Notes under the pieces: model-generated
What the model was told of the DNA's origin: nothing
Database searches by the model: none
The model's input: the letters and a program-made list of their open reading frames with translations, nothing else
Made by a program: the position numbers and the translations under genes
Origin: a virus
IMG/VR virus record: IMGVR_UViG_3300042889_002115
Span: 1 to 64,000 of that record
Direction: 5' to 3' (one strand)
DNA: 64,000 bases
Shown here: piece after piece, positions 19,711-28,016 of the stretch
Layout of the letters: every line of letters starts with the position of its first letter
Position numbering within the stretch: position 1 is the first letter of the stretch

Positions 19711-20212
19711 ATATCATATTCCTGCATTTTGGGATGATGAATTCCTGGACCTTGAATATATCAATGAAACATTCAACGACAATGAATCAATTGAACATTG
19801 GTTGGCACAAGGATTTTCAAGCAAGTTCACAGGCGACATGTGCGACATGCGTAGTGCACAACCCAGCTGGAACCAAACTATCATTGAAGTGTTCACCCAG
19901 CTGGGATGGCAAGATATTGGCACCAGTTACTACAGAATGATGCCAGGAACAATTTTGCCCACACACCAAGATCTTTACAAAAAATACATTGACATATTTG
20001 ATCTGCAAGGTCAGGAACACACCATTTGCCGAGCTGTGATATTTTTACAGGATTGGCAACCTGGACACTACTTGGAGGCCATGGACGAACCTGTGGTCAA
20101 GTGGCGTGCGGGTGATGTGATAGAATGGTGTTATGACACTCCACACATGGCAGCCAACATGGGTGCCACAGTCAGGTACACGTTACAAGTTACTGGACAT
20201 GTGCCCAAATGA
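19688..20212 (+). CDS. 2OG-Fe(II) oxygenase / cupin-fold hydroxylase
   Basis: MMPGTILPTHQD (HxD) ... TPHMAAN.G...RYTLQVTG. Confidence 0.7.
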   Translation: MATHAVSKYHIPAFWDDEFLDLEYINETFNDNESIEHWLAQGFSSKFTGDMCDMRSAQPSWNQTIIEVFTQLGWQDIGTSYYRMMPGTILPTHQDLYKKYIDIFDLQGQEHTICRAVIFLQDWQPGHYLEAMDEPVVKWRAGDVIEWCYDTPHMAANMGATVRYTLQVTGHVPK

Positions 20213-21132
20213 TCTCCAGCTACAACGAATACAGCACACTAAAACGCATTGTGGTAGGTGACGCTGCCTATGCCAACTGGCCCACAAAGGATCCTGTGTT
20301 TAGATCCGAAGCTGAACGCACACTGTGGAAACATACACCATTACCCAGCGGACCAGTGCCCGAGCACATTATACAGGAAACCAATCAAGACCTACAAGGC
20401 TTGTGCAGCATTTTGACCATGCATGGTGTGGAAGTTGTGCGTCCCAGTACATTTGACTTTCAAACCCATGATGGGCTGTACAACTATTGCCCACGTGATC
20501 GATTTATTGTGTATGGTTCTATCATAATTGATCCTGCCATGATGTATCCTTGCCGTGATCAAGAATACCAGTGTTATATAGACATACTTGAAGATGCTGA
20601 TCAGATCATTCACATGCCTCGAGACTCAGGTATGGTGCTGGACGCTGCTAATGTGCTGAGAGTAGATCAGCACCGATGGTTATTTTTGGAATCTGCTAGC
20701 GGCAATCGAGCTGCTTACGAGTGGCTATGTGCACAATTGCCCGAGGTAGATATTGAACTGTGTAACTTTTATTCTGGAGTACATATTGATTCAACAATAG
20801 TGGCACTGAATGCAGATCAATTTGTTGTTAATGGCAGCAGACTAGATCGGAATAGAAAAGATCTACCACGACATCTCAAGGGAAAAGAGATATTTTTTGT
20901 TGAAGAAGTAATAGCGCAAGGATTTTACGAATATCCGTATGCATCAAAATGGATTGCACTCAACATGTTGAGCATTGATCCTAAAACCGTCATAGTTGAT
21001 GCCAAACAGGAAGCCATGATACAGGCGCTAGAACAAGGTATGGGCATGACGGTTATACCCCTGGAACTGCGTCACAGCAGGACTCTAGGCGGGGGATTCC
21101 ACTGTGTAACGCTTGATTTGGTACGATGTTAA
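20209..21132 (+). CDS. Amidinotransferase (glycine/inosamine-phosphate amidinotransferase family)
   Basis: SYNEYSTLKRIVVG, YCPRD, DAANVLR, HIDST, NMLSIDP, LGGGFHCVTLD (Asp-His-Cys triad). Confidence 0.9.
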   Translation: MISSYNEYSTLKRIVVGDAAYANWPTKDPVFRSEAERTLWKHTPLPSGPVPEHIIQETNQDLQGLCSILTMHGVEVVRPSTFDFQTHDGLYNYCPRDRFIVYGSIIIDPAMMYPCRDQEYQCYIDILEDADQIIHMPRDSGMVLDAANVLRVDQHRWLFLESASGNRAAYEWLCAQLPEVDIELCNFYSGVHIDSTIVALNADQFVVNGSRLDRNRKDLPRHLKGKEIFFVEEVIAQGFYEYPYASKWIALNMLSIDPKTVIVDAKQEAMIQALEQGMGMTVIPLELRHSRTLGGGFHCVTLDLVRC

Positions 21133-21416
21133 CCGGATTCAACTTGGCCAGTAGCTACACCATCACTGTTTGATAACACATAATTAACAAATGTTTCAGC
21201 CGCTTCTTGTGTGTGCCAGCCGCGTTTGACTTCTACAGATGTTTGGTCAGTATTTGCAGTTATGTTTGCTGCATTTTCGTATCCTGGCATCAAGTCCCCG
21301 CCAAGACCGTTGTCAATCATTTCTTGTGCTTTGATTTGAATATCTCTTAAAATATTCAAATTTGCTGAATTAGTCCTAACTGCCTCAACCGAATATGTAA
21401 CTACAGATATCCACAT
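21129..21416 (-). CDS. Hypothetical protein
   Basis: AGGAG RBS and TAAATA upstream on minus strand. Confidence 0.65.
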   Translation of the reverse strand: MWISVVTYSVEAVRTNSANLNILRDIQIKAQEMIDNGLGGDLMPGYENAANITANTDQTSVEVKRGWHTQEAAETFVNYVLSNSDGVATGQVESG

Positions 21417-21453
21417 AAAAACTCCTTTTTTTTATTTATGAACAGCTACTGAT

Positions 21454-21482
21454 TTGACATTATTCCAGATGTGTTGTATAAT
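21454..21482 (+). promoter_or_regulatory. Sigma70-type promoter giving probable leaderless uvsE mRNA
   Basis: TTGACA-17-TATAAT, ATG 7 nt downstream of the -10. Confidence 0.8.
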
Positions 21483-21488
21483 ACAAGC

Positions 21489-22517
21489 ATGATTACACCT
21501 AAGATTGGTTTTTGTTGCAAATGGCTAAATGATCCGAGCGAATGTGGCGGCATGAAAGTCAATGCAGTGGACCGTGAACTAAACGGCCGATCAACCACCA
21601 TGCGCTGGCTTCGCGAACATGCAGACGAAGCTGAACAACGGCAATGGGACATAATGAATCACAATGCTGCCGCAGCAGTAAAAATGATTGAACGAGTGGC
21701 CACGCTACCTCCCGAACGCAGAATGGTGCGCCTGGGTAGTGAAATGCTGCAAGGATATACTGAAGCCAGCTGGATTGACTGGTGGCAGCGAACAGAGATA
21801 CAAGATCATCTGGCCCGTATTTTTGCTCCTGTTGGCGAAACTGCCCGCAGACTGGGTGTGCGACTCAGCTTCCATCCCGGACAGTTCTGTGTGCTGGCCA
21901 GTGAGTCGGATGAAATTGTAGAACGCAGTATCCTGGAATTTGAGTATCATGCAGACATGGCCCGTTGGATGGGCTATGGAAAAACCTGGCATGATCATGG
22001 TTTTAAAATCAACGTACATTTGTCGGGTAAAGGTGGTCCCGACAAGTTTTTGCGCACACTGGGTCGACTGACTCCTGAAGCGCGAAATCTAATTACCATC
22101 GAGAATGATGAGATGACAAATGGGATTGATACTACTTTGCTTGTGGCTGAGCATGTTGCTCTTGTGCTGGATGTACACCACCACTGGATCAACTCGGGGG
22201 AATACATCACCCCCACTGACTCTCGTACAATGCGGGTTATTGAGTCTTGGCGTGGTCAGCGTCCTGCTCTTCACTACTCTGTTAGTCGTGAAGATATTTT
22301 GGTTGGGCATGATCGAAGCGTTCGACCAGACCTTTCTGAACTTCTTGATCGAGGTTTTAAAAAGCAAAAGCTCCGCGCACATAGTGACTTCATGTGGAAT
22401 GATGCCTGCAACAAATGGGTAGTGGGGTTTGCTGACAATTTTGACATTCAGTGCGAAGCCAAGGGCAAGAATCTAGCATCCATGCAGGTGTACGAGCACT
22501 ACAAACAACTAGCATGA
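21489..22517 (+). CDS. uvsE: UV damage endonuclease (UvsE/UVDE)
   Basis: IGFCCKW, RLGSE, RLSFHPGQFCVL, INVH, ITIENDE, LDVHHH, LHYS, RAHSD, EAKGKN. Confidence 0.92.
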   Translation: MITPKIGFCCKWLNDPSECGGMKVNAVDRELNGRSTTMRWLREHADEAEQRQWDIMNHNAAAAVKMIERVATLPPERRMVRLGSEMLQGYTEASWIDWWQRTEIQDHLARIFAPVGETARRLGVRLSFHPGQFCVLASESDEIVERSILEFEYHADMARWMGYGKTWHDHGFKINVHLSGKGGPDKFLRTLGRLTPEARNLITIENDEMTNGIDTTLLVAEHVALVLDVHHHWINSGEYITPTDSRTMRVIESWRGQRPALHYSVSREDILVGHDRSVRPDLSELLDRGFKKQKLRAHSDFMWNDACNKWVVGFADNFDIQCEAKGKNLASMQVYEHYKQLA

Positions 22518-22804
22518 ACATAATTCTCAAAGATATTTTTACCTGGATACATGATGATTACAAAACTAACAGATTCCGTTTTGTCGTGGAAGTACTTGCT
22601 TGGGCTATCAGTATTGGCTGTAGCATTACGATGGCTGCCACTGTACCCACTCCCCCTTTACTTGCTATGTATCCTATTTGGATTCTTGGTTGTGCTATGT
22701 ACGCTTGGGCTAGTTGGACTCGCAAATCGTTTGGTATGTTGGCTAACTACATCCTGCTGGTGACCATTGACAGTGTTGGCTTGATCAGGATGCTGACACA
22801 ATAA
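22514..22804 (+). CDS. Small three-TM membrane protein
   Basis: ATGA overlap with uvsE; three hydrophobic helices. Confidence 0.65.
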   Translation: MNIILKDIFTWIHDDYKTNRFRFVVEVLAWAISIGCSITMAATVPTPPLLAMYPIWILGCAMYAWASWTRKSFGMLANYILLVTIDSVGLIRMLTQ

Positions 22805-22828
22805 TTTTACAAACGCGATCTCTGACTA

Positions 22829-23323
22829 TCAGCTGCCGCAACCTACCAATTTACAGTATTTGACAAATTCGTAGGTTCCCCATATGGTTCCCAATACCAT
22901 TATTATTAGCAGTGTTGCTAGTAATACTGTTTCTATTAGATCTTCAAGTTCTTTTTTGTGACGGGCTGCTGCTTCTTTTTCACGACGAATAGCATGTGCT
23001 TCATCCGCATCCATGGCAGCGGAGCGTGATTTGATCTTGTTCCAGACGTCTACCTTGCCTGCTTGCATGAACAGCAGTTGCAACTCGTCTTCAAATCGTT
23101 TGGCCTGATCCAGAGCCATCTCAATCTGGATGGCTGTGCCCATACTGGATTTTTTACCACTGTTTTTGGATTCCACCATGGCCTTGGATGCAGTGCTCTT
23201 GGCGTCAAAGTATTTGCCCAGCACTGGTCCCAAGGACGCTACATCGTCCACAGTCTTGGATACTTTTTTAATCAATGCAACAGCAGCTTGTATGCCGGCC
23301 AGTGCGGTTAGCGGATCAATCAT
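22829..23323 (-). CDS. Hypothetical protein with C-terminal TM helix
   Basis: MIDPLTALAG start typical of phage ORFs; coiled region then TM. Confidence 0.7.
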   Translation of the reverse strand: MIDPLTALAGIQAAVALIKKVSKTVDDVASLGPVLGKYFDAKSTASKAMVESKNSGKKSSMGTAIQIEMALDQAKRFEDELQLLFMQAGKVDVWNKIKSRSAAMDADEAHAIRREKEAAARHKKELEDLIETVLLATLLIIMVLGTIWGTYEFVKYCKLVGCGS

Positions 23324-23556
23324 TTTAGTTCTTTTCTTCCTTCTAATTTACATATTTCTTTGTGCAATCGATTGGAGCAATCTTTCTTTTGCCATTCCAC
23401 GCAAACTACTCGACGATCATATACATCGCCCGTCCAGGTCCATCTAACACATGCCCATGTGTAGTCCGTGGCTTTTTCAGTATCTTTTTTGGTTTGAGCA
23501 CCTGAATTCAACATGCCCAAACATACCACAACAATAAACACCACAGTTTTGATCAC
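23320..23556 (-). CDS. Small secreted Cys-containing protein
   Basis: Signal-peptide-like N-terminus; CVRWTWTGD...CVEW; TAAATA upstream at 23574-23579. Confidence 0.6.
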   Translation of the reverse strand: MIKTVVFIVVVCLGMLNSGAQTKKDTEKATDYTWACVRWTWTGDVYDRRVVCVEWQKKDCSNRLHKEICKLEGRKELK

Positions 23557-23647
23557 AAAAAAGCCTCATGCAGTATTTACATAGGGCTTTTAAATTGTAA
23601 ACCGGGCAGTTATCGCGGCTGGAACTGGTTTGCATGTTATGCAACTG

Positions 23648-23681
23648 GTGTAACAAAACTGTAATATTTGGTTGTTAAATA
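23648..23681 (+). promoter_or_regulatory. Pho-box-like direct repeat with -10/late element upstream of pstS
   Basis: GTGTAAC-AAAA-CTGTAAT (11-nt period), 10 nt, TAAATA. Confidence 0.65.
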
Positions 23682-23703
23682 AATGTACTAACAAGGAGAC
23701 TTT

Positions 23704-24705
23704 ATGAAACGATTTATCACAATGCTGCTGGCAGCAGTAGCAGTCACAGCTCACGCAGACATCACAGGTGCTGGTGCAACATTCCCCTACCCTATCTATG
23801 CCAAGTGGGCAGAAGCCTACAAGAAAGAAACCGGTATTGGACTCAACTATCAGTCAATTGGCAGTTCAGGTGGTATACGCCAGATCAACAACAAAACAGT
23901 GACATTTGGTGCCAGCGATGCTCCTGTGGCAGGTGCTGAACTAGACAAGCTAGCTCAAGTACAGTTTCCCGCTATCATTGGCGGCACAGTGCCTATCGTG
24001 AACTTGGAAGGGTTTAAACCTGGAGAATTGCGTATCACTGGGCAAGTATTAGCCGAAGTGTTCTTGGGTGATATCACTCGATGGAATGACGCTAAACTAG
24101 CAGCATTGAATCCTGGTAAGAAATTGCCCGATCAACCGATCACAGTGGTTCATCGTGCTGACGGATCAGGCACAACATTCAACTGGACTGACTACTTGAC
24201 TGTGGCCAGCCCAGACTGGGCCAAGCGTGTGGGTCGTGGTGCAGCAATTAAATGGCCTGCTGTGAGCAGTATTGGTGGCAAAGGCAACGAAGGTGTTGCA
24301 GCCATTGTGAATCGTACTAAGGGCGGTATTGGTTATGTTGAGTATGCTTATGTAAAGAAAAATAACATGACCTTTATGCAACTACAAAACAAAAATGGTA
24401 AGTTTGTCAGTCCTGATGATGTGACATTTGCAGCCGCAGCCGCAGGGGCTGATTGGTTCAGTGTGCCGGGCATGGGCTTGAGCATCGTGGATCAAAAGGG
24501 CGATGCTGTGTGGCCAGTAACCACTGCCAGCTTTATCATCATGTACAAGAATCCAGAAGATAAAAAATCTTCAGCCGAAGTGCTCAAGTTTTTTGACTGG
24601 GCATTCCGCAATGGCAAGAAGGATGCTGCTGACCTTGACTATGTGTCATTGCCAGACAGCTTGACTCGACAAATTCGTGAACGAGTTTGGACACAAATCA
24701 AATAA
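23704..24705 (+). CDS. pstS: Phosphate ABC transporter substrate-binding protein PstS
   Basis: Signal peptide; ITGAGATFPYP, YQSIGSSGG, FGASD, HRADGSGTT, GKGNEGVA, IGYVEYAY. Confidence 0.97.
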   Translation: MKRFITMLLAAVAVTAHADITGAGATFPYPIYAKWAEAYKKETGIGLNYQSIGSSGGIRQINNKTVTFGASDAPVAGAELDKLAQVQFPAIIGGTVPIVNLEGFKPGELRITGQVLAEVFLGDITRWNDAKLAALNPGKKLPDQPITVVHRADGSGTTFNWTDYLTVASPDWAKRVGRGAAIKWPAVSSIGGKGNEGVAAIVNRTKGGIGYVEYAYVKKNNMTFMQLQNKNGKFVSPDDVTFAAAAAGADWFSVPGMGLSIVDQKGDAVWPVTTASFIIMYKNPEDKKSSAEVLKFFDWAFRNGKKDAADLDYVSLPDSLTRQIRERVWTQIK

Positions 24706-24751
24706 ACCGGCCGCAAAATTGAGCGGAAGCTGGAACTCGTAACCAGTACTA

Positions 24752-24772
24752 AGGGCCGCAAGGCTCTTTTTT
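24752..24772 (+). terminator. Rho-independent terminator after pstS
   Basis: AGGGCC-GCAA-GGCTCT followed by T-run. Confidence 0.8.
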
Positions 24773-24774
24773 AT

Positions 24775-24809
24775 TTGTAACACAAGTGTAATCAAACAGG
24801 TTGTAAATA
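24775..24809 (+). promoter_or_regulatory. Pho-box-like direct repeat with -10/late element upstream of plcP
   Basis: TTGTAAC-ACAA-GTGTAAT (11-nt period), 11 nt, TAAATA; same layout as pstS site. Confidence 0.65.
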
Positions 24810-24813
24810 CACC

Positions 24814-25698
24814 ATGCAAAAGACTTATCGATCTATTTTTATCAGTGATGTGCATTTGGGCACCCGAGACTGTCAGGCCGGCAAGTTAAACAACTTTCTC
24901 AAACACAACACCTGCGAAACCTTGTACCTGGTAGGGGACATACTAGATGTGTGGCGCATACAACAAAACAAATGGCGTTGGAAGCAGAGTCATACCAATG
25001 TGGTTCGCCGCATACTGGGACATGCCAAACGCGGCACCAGAGTGATATATGTGGCTGGAAATCATGATGAATTCTTGAGACCGCTCATGCAGTACGGCAT
25101 CAACTTTGGCAATGTGGAAGTGGTCAATCAATGTGAACACATTGGAGTAGATACCAAACATTACCTAGTCACACACGGCGACCTGTTTGATGGCATCACA
25201 CGTCTAGCGCCCTGGATTGCTTTCTTGGGAGACAAAGCCTATGATTTTGTGCTTGGTCTCAACAGCAAGTTCAATTGGATCCGCCATCGCATGGGATTTG
25301 GTTACTGGAGTTTGAGTAAATATCTCAAGGGCCGTGTTAAAAAAGCAGTGGACTTTATATTTCAATTTGAAAAAAATCTAGCAACCTACTGCAACAAGCG
25401 TGGCTATGATGGTGTGATTTGTGGTCATATTCACCATGCAGAAATCAAACTGATAGACGGCATTGTGTACATGAATGATGGCGACTGGGTAGAATCATGT
25501 ACAGCACTGGTAGAGCACCACACAGGCCAGTGGGAAATTGTTACCTGGACCAAGGAGAGTGATGATGTGGATCTTGATACTGATAGCAACACACATAAAC
25601 GACCCCGCCGATCAGCCAGGACGAATAGAGATACAGTTTCCCAACCAACAGAGTTGCGAGCAGGCTCTAAACACAGTCAAGTGGCAGTTAAAGTTTAA
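24814..25698 (+). CDS. plcP: PlcP-type phospholipase C (LpxH-like metallophosphoesterase)
   Basis: IFISDVHLG, LYLVGDI, YVAGNHDE, THGDLFD, LGDKAYD, YWSLSKYLK, ICGHIHHA, NDGDWVESCTALVE; adjacent GT4 gene. Confidence 0.8.
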   Translation: MQKTYRSIFISDVHLGTRDCQAGKLNNFLKHNTCETLYLVGDILDVWRIQQNKWRWKQSHTNVVRRILGHAKRGTRVIYVAGNHDEFLRPLMQYGINFGNVEVVNQCEHIGVDTKHYLVTHGDLFDGITRLAPWIAFLGDKAYDFVLGLNSKFNWIRHRMGFGYWSLSKYLKGRVKKAVDFIFQFEKNLATYCNKRGYDGVICGHIHHAEIKLIDGIVYMNDGDWVESCTALVEHHTGQWEIVTWTKESDDVDLDTDSNTHKRPRRSARTNRDTVSQPTELRAGSKHSQVAVKV

Positions 25699-25741
25699 AA
25701 GTTTCAAGGTAGTGAGCGAATGCAAAAAACCATCCTTATAG
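25562..25741 (+). CDS. Small protein overlapping plcP 3' end and GT start
   Basis: AAGGAG RBS; MMWILILIA...FPNQQSCEQAL...SECKK. Confidence 0.6.
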   Translation: MMWILILIATHINDPADQPGRIEIQFPNQQSCEQALNTVKWQLKFKSFKVVSECKKPSL

Positions 25742-26727
25742 TCACAGACAACCTATATGACCAAATCAACGGTGTGGTTACGACCTACAAAAATATTGAA
25801 GCGTGTGCGGTTCGCGACAACTATCGTGTTGTATATCTTGATCCCGGGCGGTTCCGCTATGTTGATTGCCCTGGCTACAACGAAGTCAAGATTGCCTTTC
25901 CCCGGAAAGTGGGCGCGATACTTGAGGAGATCCGTCCGGATTATATCCACATCGCCACCGAGGGTCCTGTGGGTCTGCGTGTTAGACAATATCTTGACAA
26001 ACACGGTTATCGCTATAATACTGCTTACCATACTAAGTTTCCAGAAGGACTTAAAAAACTATTTGGAATTCCTGAAGCCATTACTTGGCCTCTAGTGCGC
26101 TGGTTCCACAAGCATTCGGGCAAGGTATTGACCACCACAGAGTCCATGGTTCAAGAACTACGGGCACACGGCTTTGACGGAGATATTGTTCCTTGGACTC
26201 GTGGTGTTGATCGTGAGATATTCAATCCTGAATCCAGAGAACCACACCAGGACACTGTGCTGGTTTGTGTGTCAAGAGTCAGCAAAGAAAAGAACCTGGA
26301 AGCATTTTGCAGCTTGGCCTACCCAGGGGCAAAAAAAATCTTAGTAGGCGATGGGCCGCATCGAGCAGAACTTCAAGAACAGTATCCTGATGTTGAGTTT
26401 GTGGGATTCAAACGAGGAATTGCTCTGGCCTGGTACTATGCCAATGCTGATGTGTTTGTGTTTCCAAGCCGCTGGGAAACATTTGGCATTGTAATGATTG
26501 AAGCCATGGCCTGTGGTACGCCAGTAGCAGCTTATCCTTGCCAAGGACCTGAAGATGTTGTGGACCCTGGGGTTACTGGTTGTCTCAACGAAGATCTATC
26601 ACAGGCCATAACAGACTGTTTGGCTCTGGACAGAAACACCGTTGTCAAAGGCAGTGAACACTGGAGTTGGGAACAGGCCTGGGTCATATTCCGAGACAAC
26701 CTAGTTGAAGCCAGGCATAAAAGTTAA
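25720..26727 (+). CDS. GT4 glycosyltransferase, Agt-type diacylglycerol glycosyltransferase
   Basis: IVTD...QINGVVTT, HIATEGPVG, TAYHTKFPE, RWFH, WTRGVD, SRVSKEKN, VGDGP, VFPSRWETFGIVMIEAMACGTPV. Confidence 0.85.
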   Translation: MQKTILIVTDNLYDQINGVVTTYKNIEACAVRDNYRVVYLDPGRFRYVDCPGYNEVKIAFPRKVGAILEEIRPDYIHIATEGPVGLRVRQYLDKHGYRYNTAYHTKFPEGLKKLFGIPEAITWPLVRWFHKHSGKVLTTTESMVQELRAHGFDGDIVPWTRGVDREIFNPESREPHQDTVLVCVSRVSKEKNLEAFCSLAYPGAKKILVGDGPHRAELQEQYPDVEFVGFKRGIALAWYYANADVFVFPSRWETFGIVMIEAMACGTPVAAYPCQGPEDVVDPGVTGCLNEDLSQAITDCLALDRNTVVKGSEHWSWEQAWVIFRDNLVEARHKS

Positions 26728-26732
26728 TCAGC

Positions 26733-27458
26733 TCAAACTGAATTTTGCGGCTGTCTTGTGGTCACAGTTGCTAGTCCCACTGATCTAAGCACAGTAATAT
26801 ACATCCACCCTATGTCAAACTCAAACCAACGACGGCTCAGTCGAGGGTTAGCAGGATCCAGATGATGGTTATTATGAAGACACTCCCCACCAATAATAAT
26901 ACCCCAAGGCATAAGATTTCTACTGTGATCTTTGGTTTTGCCATTTCTGTATCCTATCCAGTGTCCTACTCCGTTGACTACACCTGCTGCCCAGAACGGT
27001 ATCCAGATCATTTGTATGCCCCAAATCAGCAGCCCCCACCAGCCAAACACAATTATGTTGAACACAAAGAGAATGCCAATGCCAAGTCTACTGTGAGCAG
27101 TGTATACGTTGTGCTCCATCCAATCAGCAGGAGTGCCAGCACCGTATGAATCAACCATGACTTTATCTTTGCTTGCTGCATGATATAACATTGCTCCCTG
27201 AAACAACACCTGCCAAATACCATACACATGTGGTGTATGCGGATCGCCTTGCTGGTCACTAAATCTATGATGCTTGCGATGGATTGCAACCCATTGTTTG
27301 GTGACCATGCCTGTGGTCAACCACAACCAGGCTCGCATGGCATGACTAATCACGGGATGAAAAGTCACGCCACGGTGTGCTTGGCCACGGTGCAAAAACA
27401 AAGTCACGCACACTATGGTAATGTGCGTGACTATCAAGGTGTAAATTAAATATGTCAT
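26733..27458 (-). CDS. Membrane fatty acid (acyl-CoA delta-9-type) desaturase
   Basis: His boxes HRGQAH, HRKHH, HNNHH; GDPHTP; FEFDIGW; start at MTYLIY (TAATG coupling). Confidence 0.92.
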   Translation of the reverse strand: MTYLIYTLIVTHITIVCVTLFLHRGQAHRGVTFHPVISHAMRAWLWLTTGMVTKQWVAIHRKHHRFSDQQGDPHTPHVYGIWQVLFQGAMLYHAASKDKVMVDSYGAGTPADWMEHNVYTAHSRLGIGILFVFNIIVFGWWGLLIWGIQMIWIPFWAAGVVNGVGHWIGYRNGKTKDHSRNLMPWGIIIGGECLHNNHHLDPANPRLSRRWFEFDIGWMYITVLRSVGLATVTTRQPQNSV

Positions 27459-28015
27459 TACATACTTAGCGGTGCCCACAGCCATAGGCCTTGACTCATG
27501 AGCACCAGACCTAGTGCTCCTACTCCTATTGATCCCCAATACATACGCATGTTAACTGCTAAGATACTAGCACTCAACAACACGATTGCCAGCTGAAACA
27601 GCATGCCTGAAAAGTTTAACCAAGGACTATGTAGTCTAGCTTCGTCTCTTGCAGCTTCCTGTGCTCGTGCTTTGACCAATAACTCTTTCTTACCTTCGCC
27701 TGTGTCAGGTTCTGATTCGTAGCGATCAATCTTGGCTTCCAGCTTGGCTACACGTTCTTTGTTGCCTGCCAGTCGTGCTTCTTCCAGTTGCCCTTCGGCT
27801 AGAGTTTGTTTGATTGATTTGGACTGATAAAATCCGTAGGTGTTAGATGCCTTCAGCAGATTGGTTTGTGCTACACTGCTGAAGTTGTTGGCAATATAGG
27901 TGTTGGCTGCCAGGAACAGGGCCATGAAAACAATTACCAGGCCTGCTCGGTCTTTGATTTGTGCTTCACGTTCTGAACGTGAGAGTGGCTTTGCTTCTTT
28001 GATTTCTTCTGCCAT
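27458..28015 (-). CDS. Membrane protein (DUF4337-like TM-coiled coil-TM-TM)
   Basis: FYQSKSIKQ, LFQLAIVLLSASIL patterns. Confidence 0.6.
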   Translation of the reverse strand: MAEEIKEAKPLSRSEREAQIKDRAGLVIVFMALFLAANTYIANNFSSVAQTNLLKASNTYGFYQSKSIKQTLAEGQLEEARLAGNKERVAKLEAKIDRYESEPDTGEGKKELLVKARAQEAARDEARLHSPWLNFSGMLFQLAIVLLSASILAVNMRMYWGSIGVGALGLVLMSQGLWLWAPLSM

Positions 28016-28016
28016 T

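Noticed and set aside
24814-25698. LpxH (lipid A biosynthesis) annotation
   Set aside because: Motif set, the adjacent GT4 and pstS/Pho-box context fit PlcP better; no other lpx genes present. Phylogeny still needed
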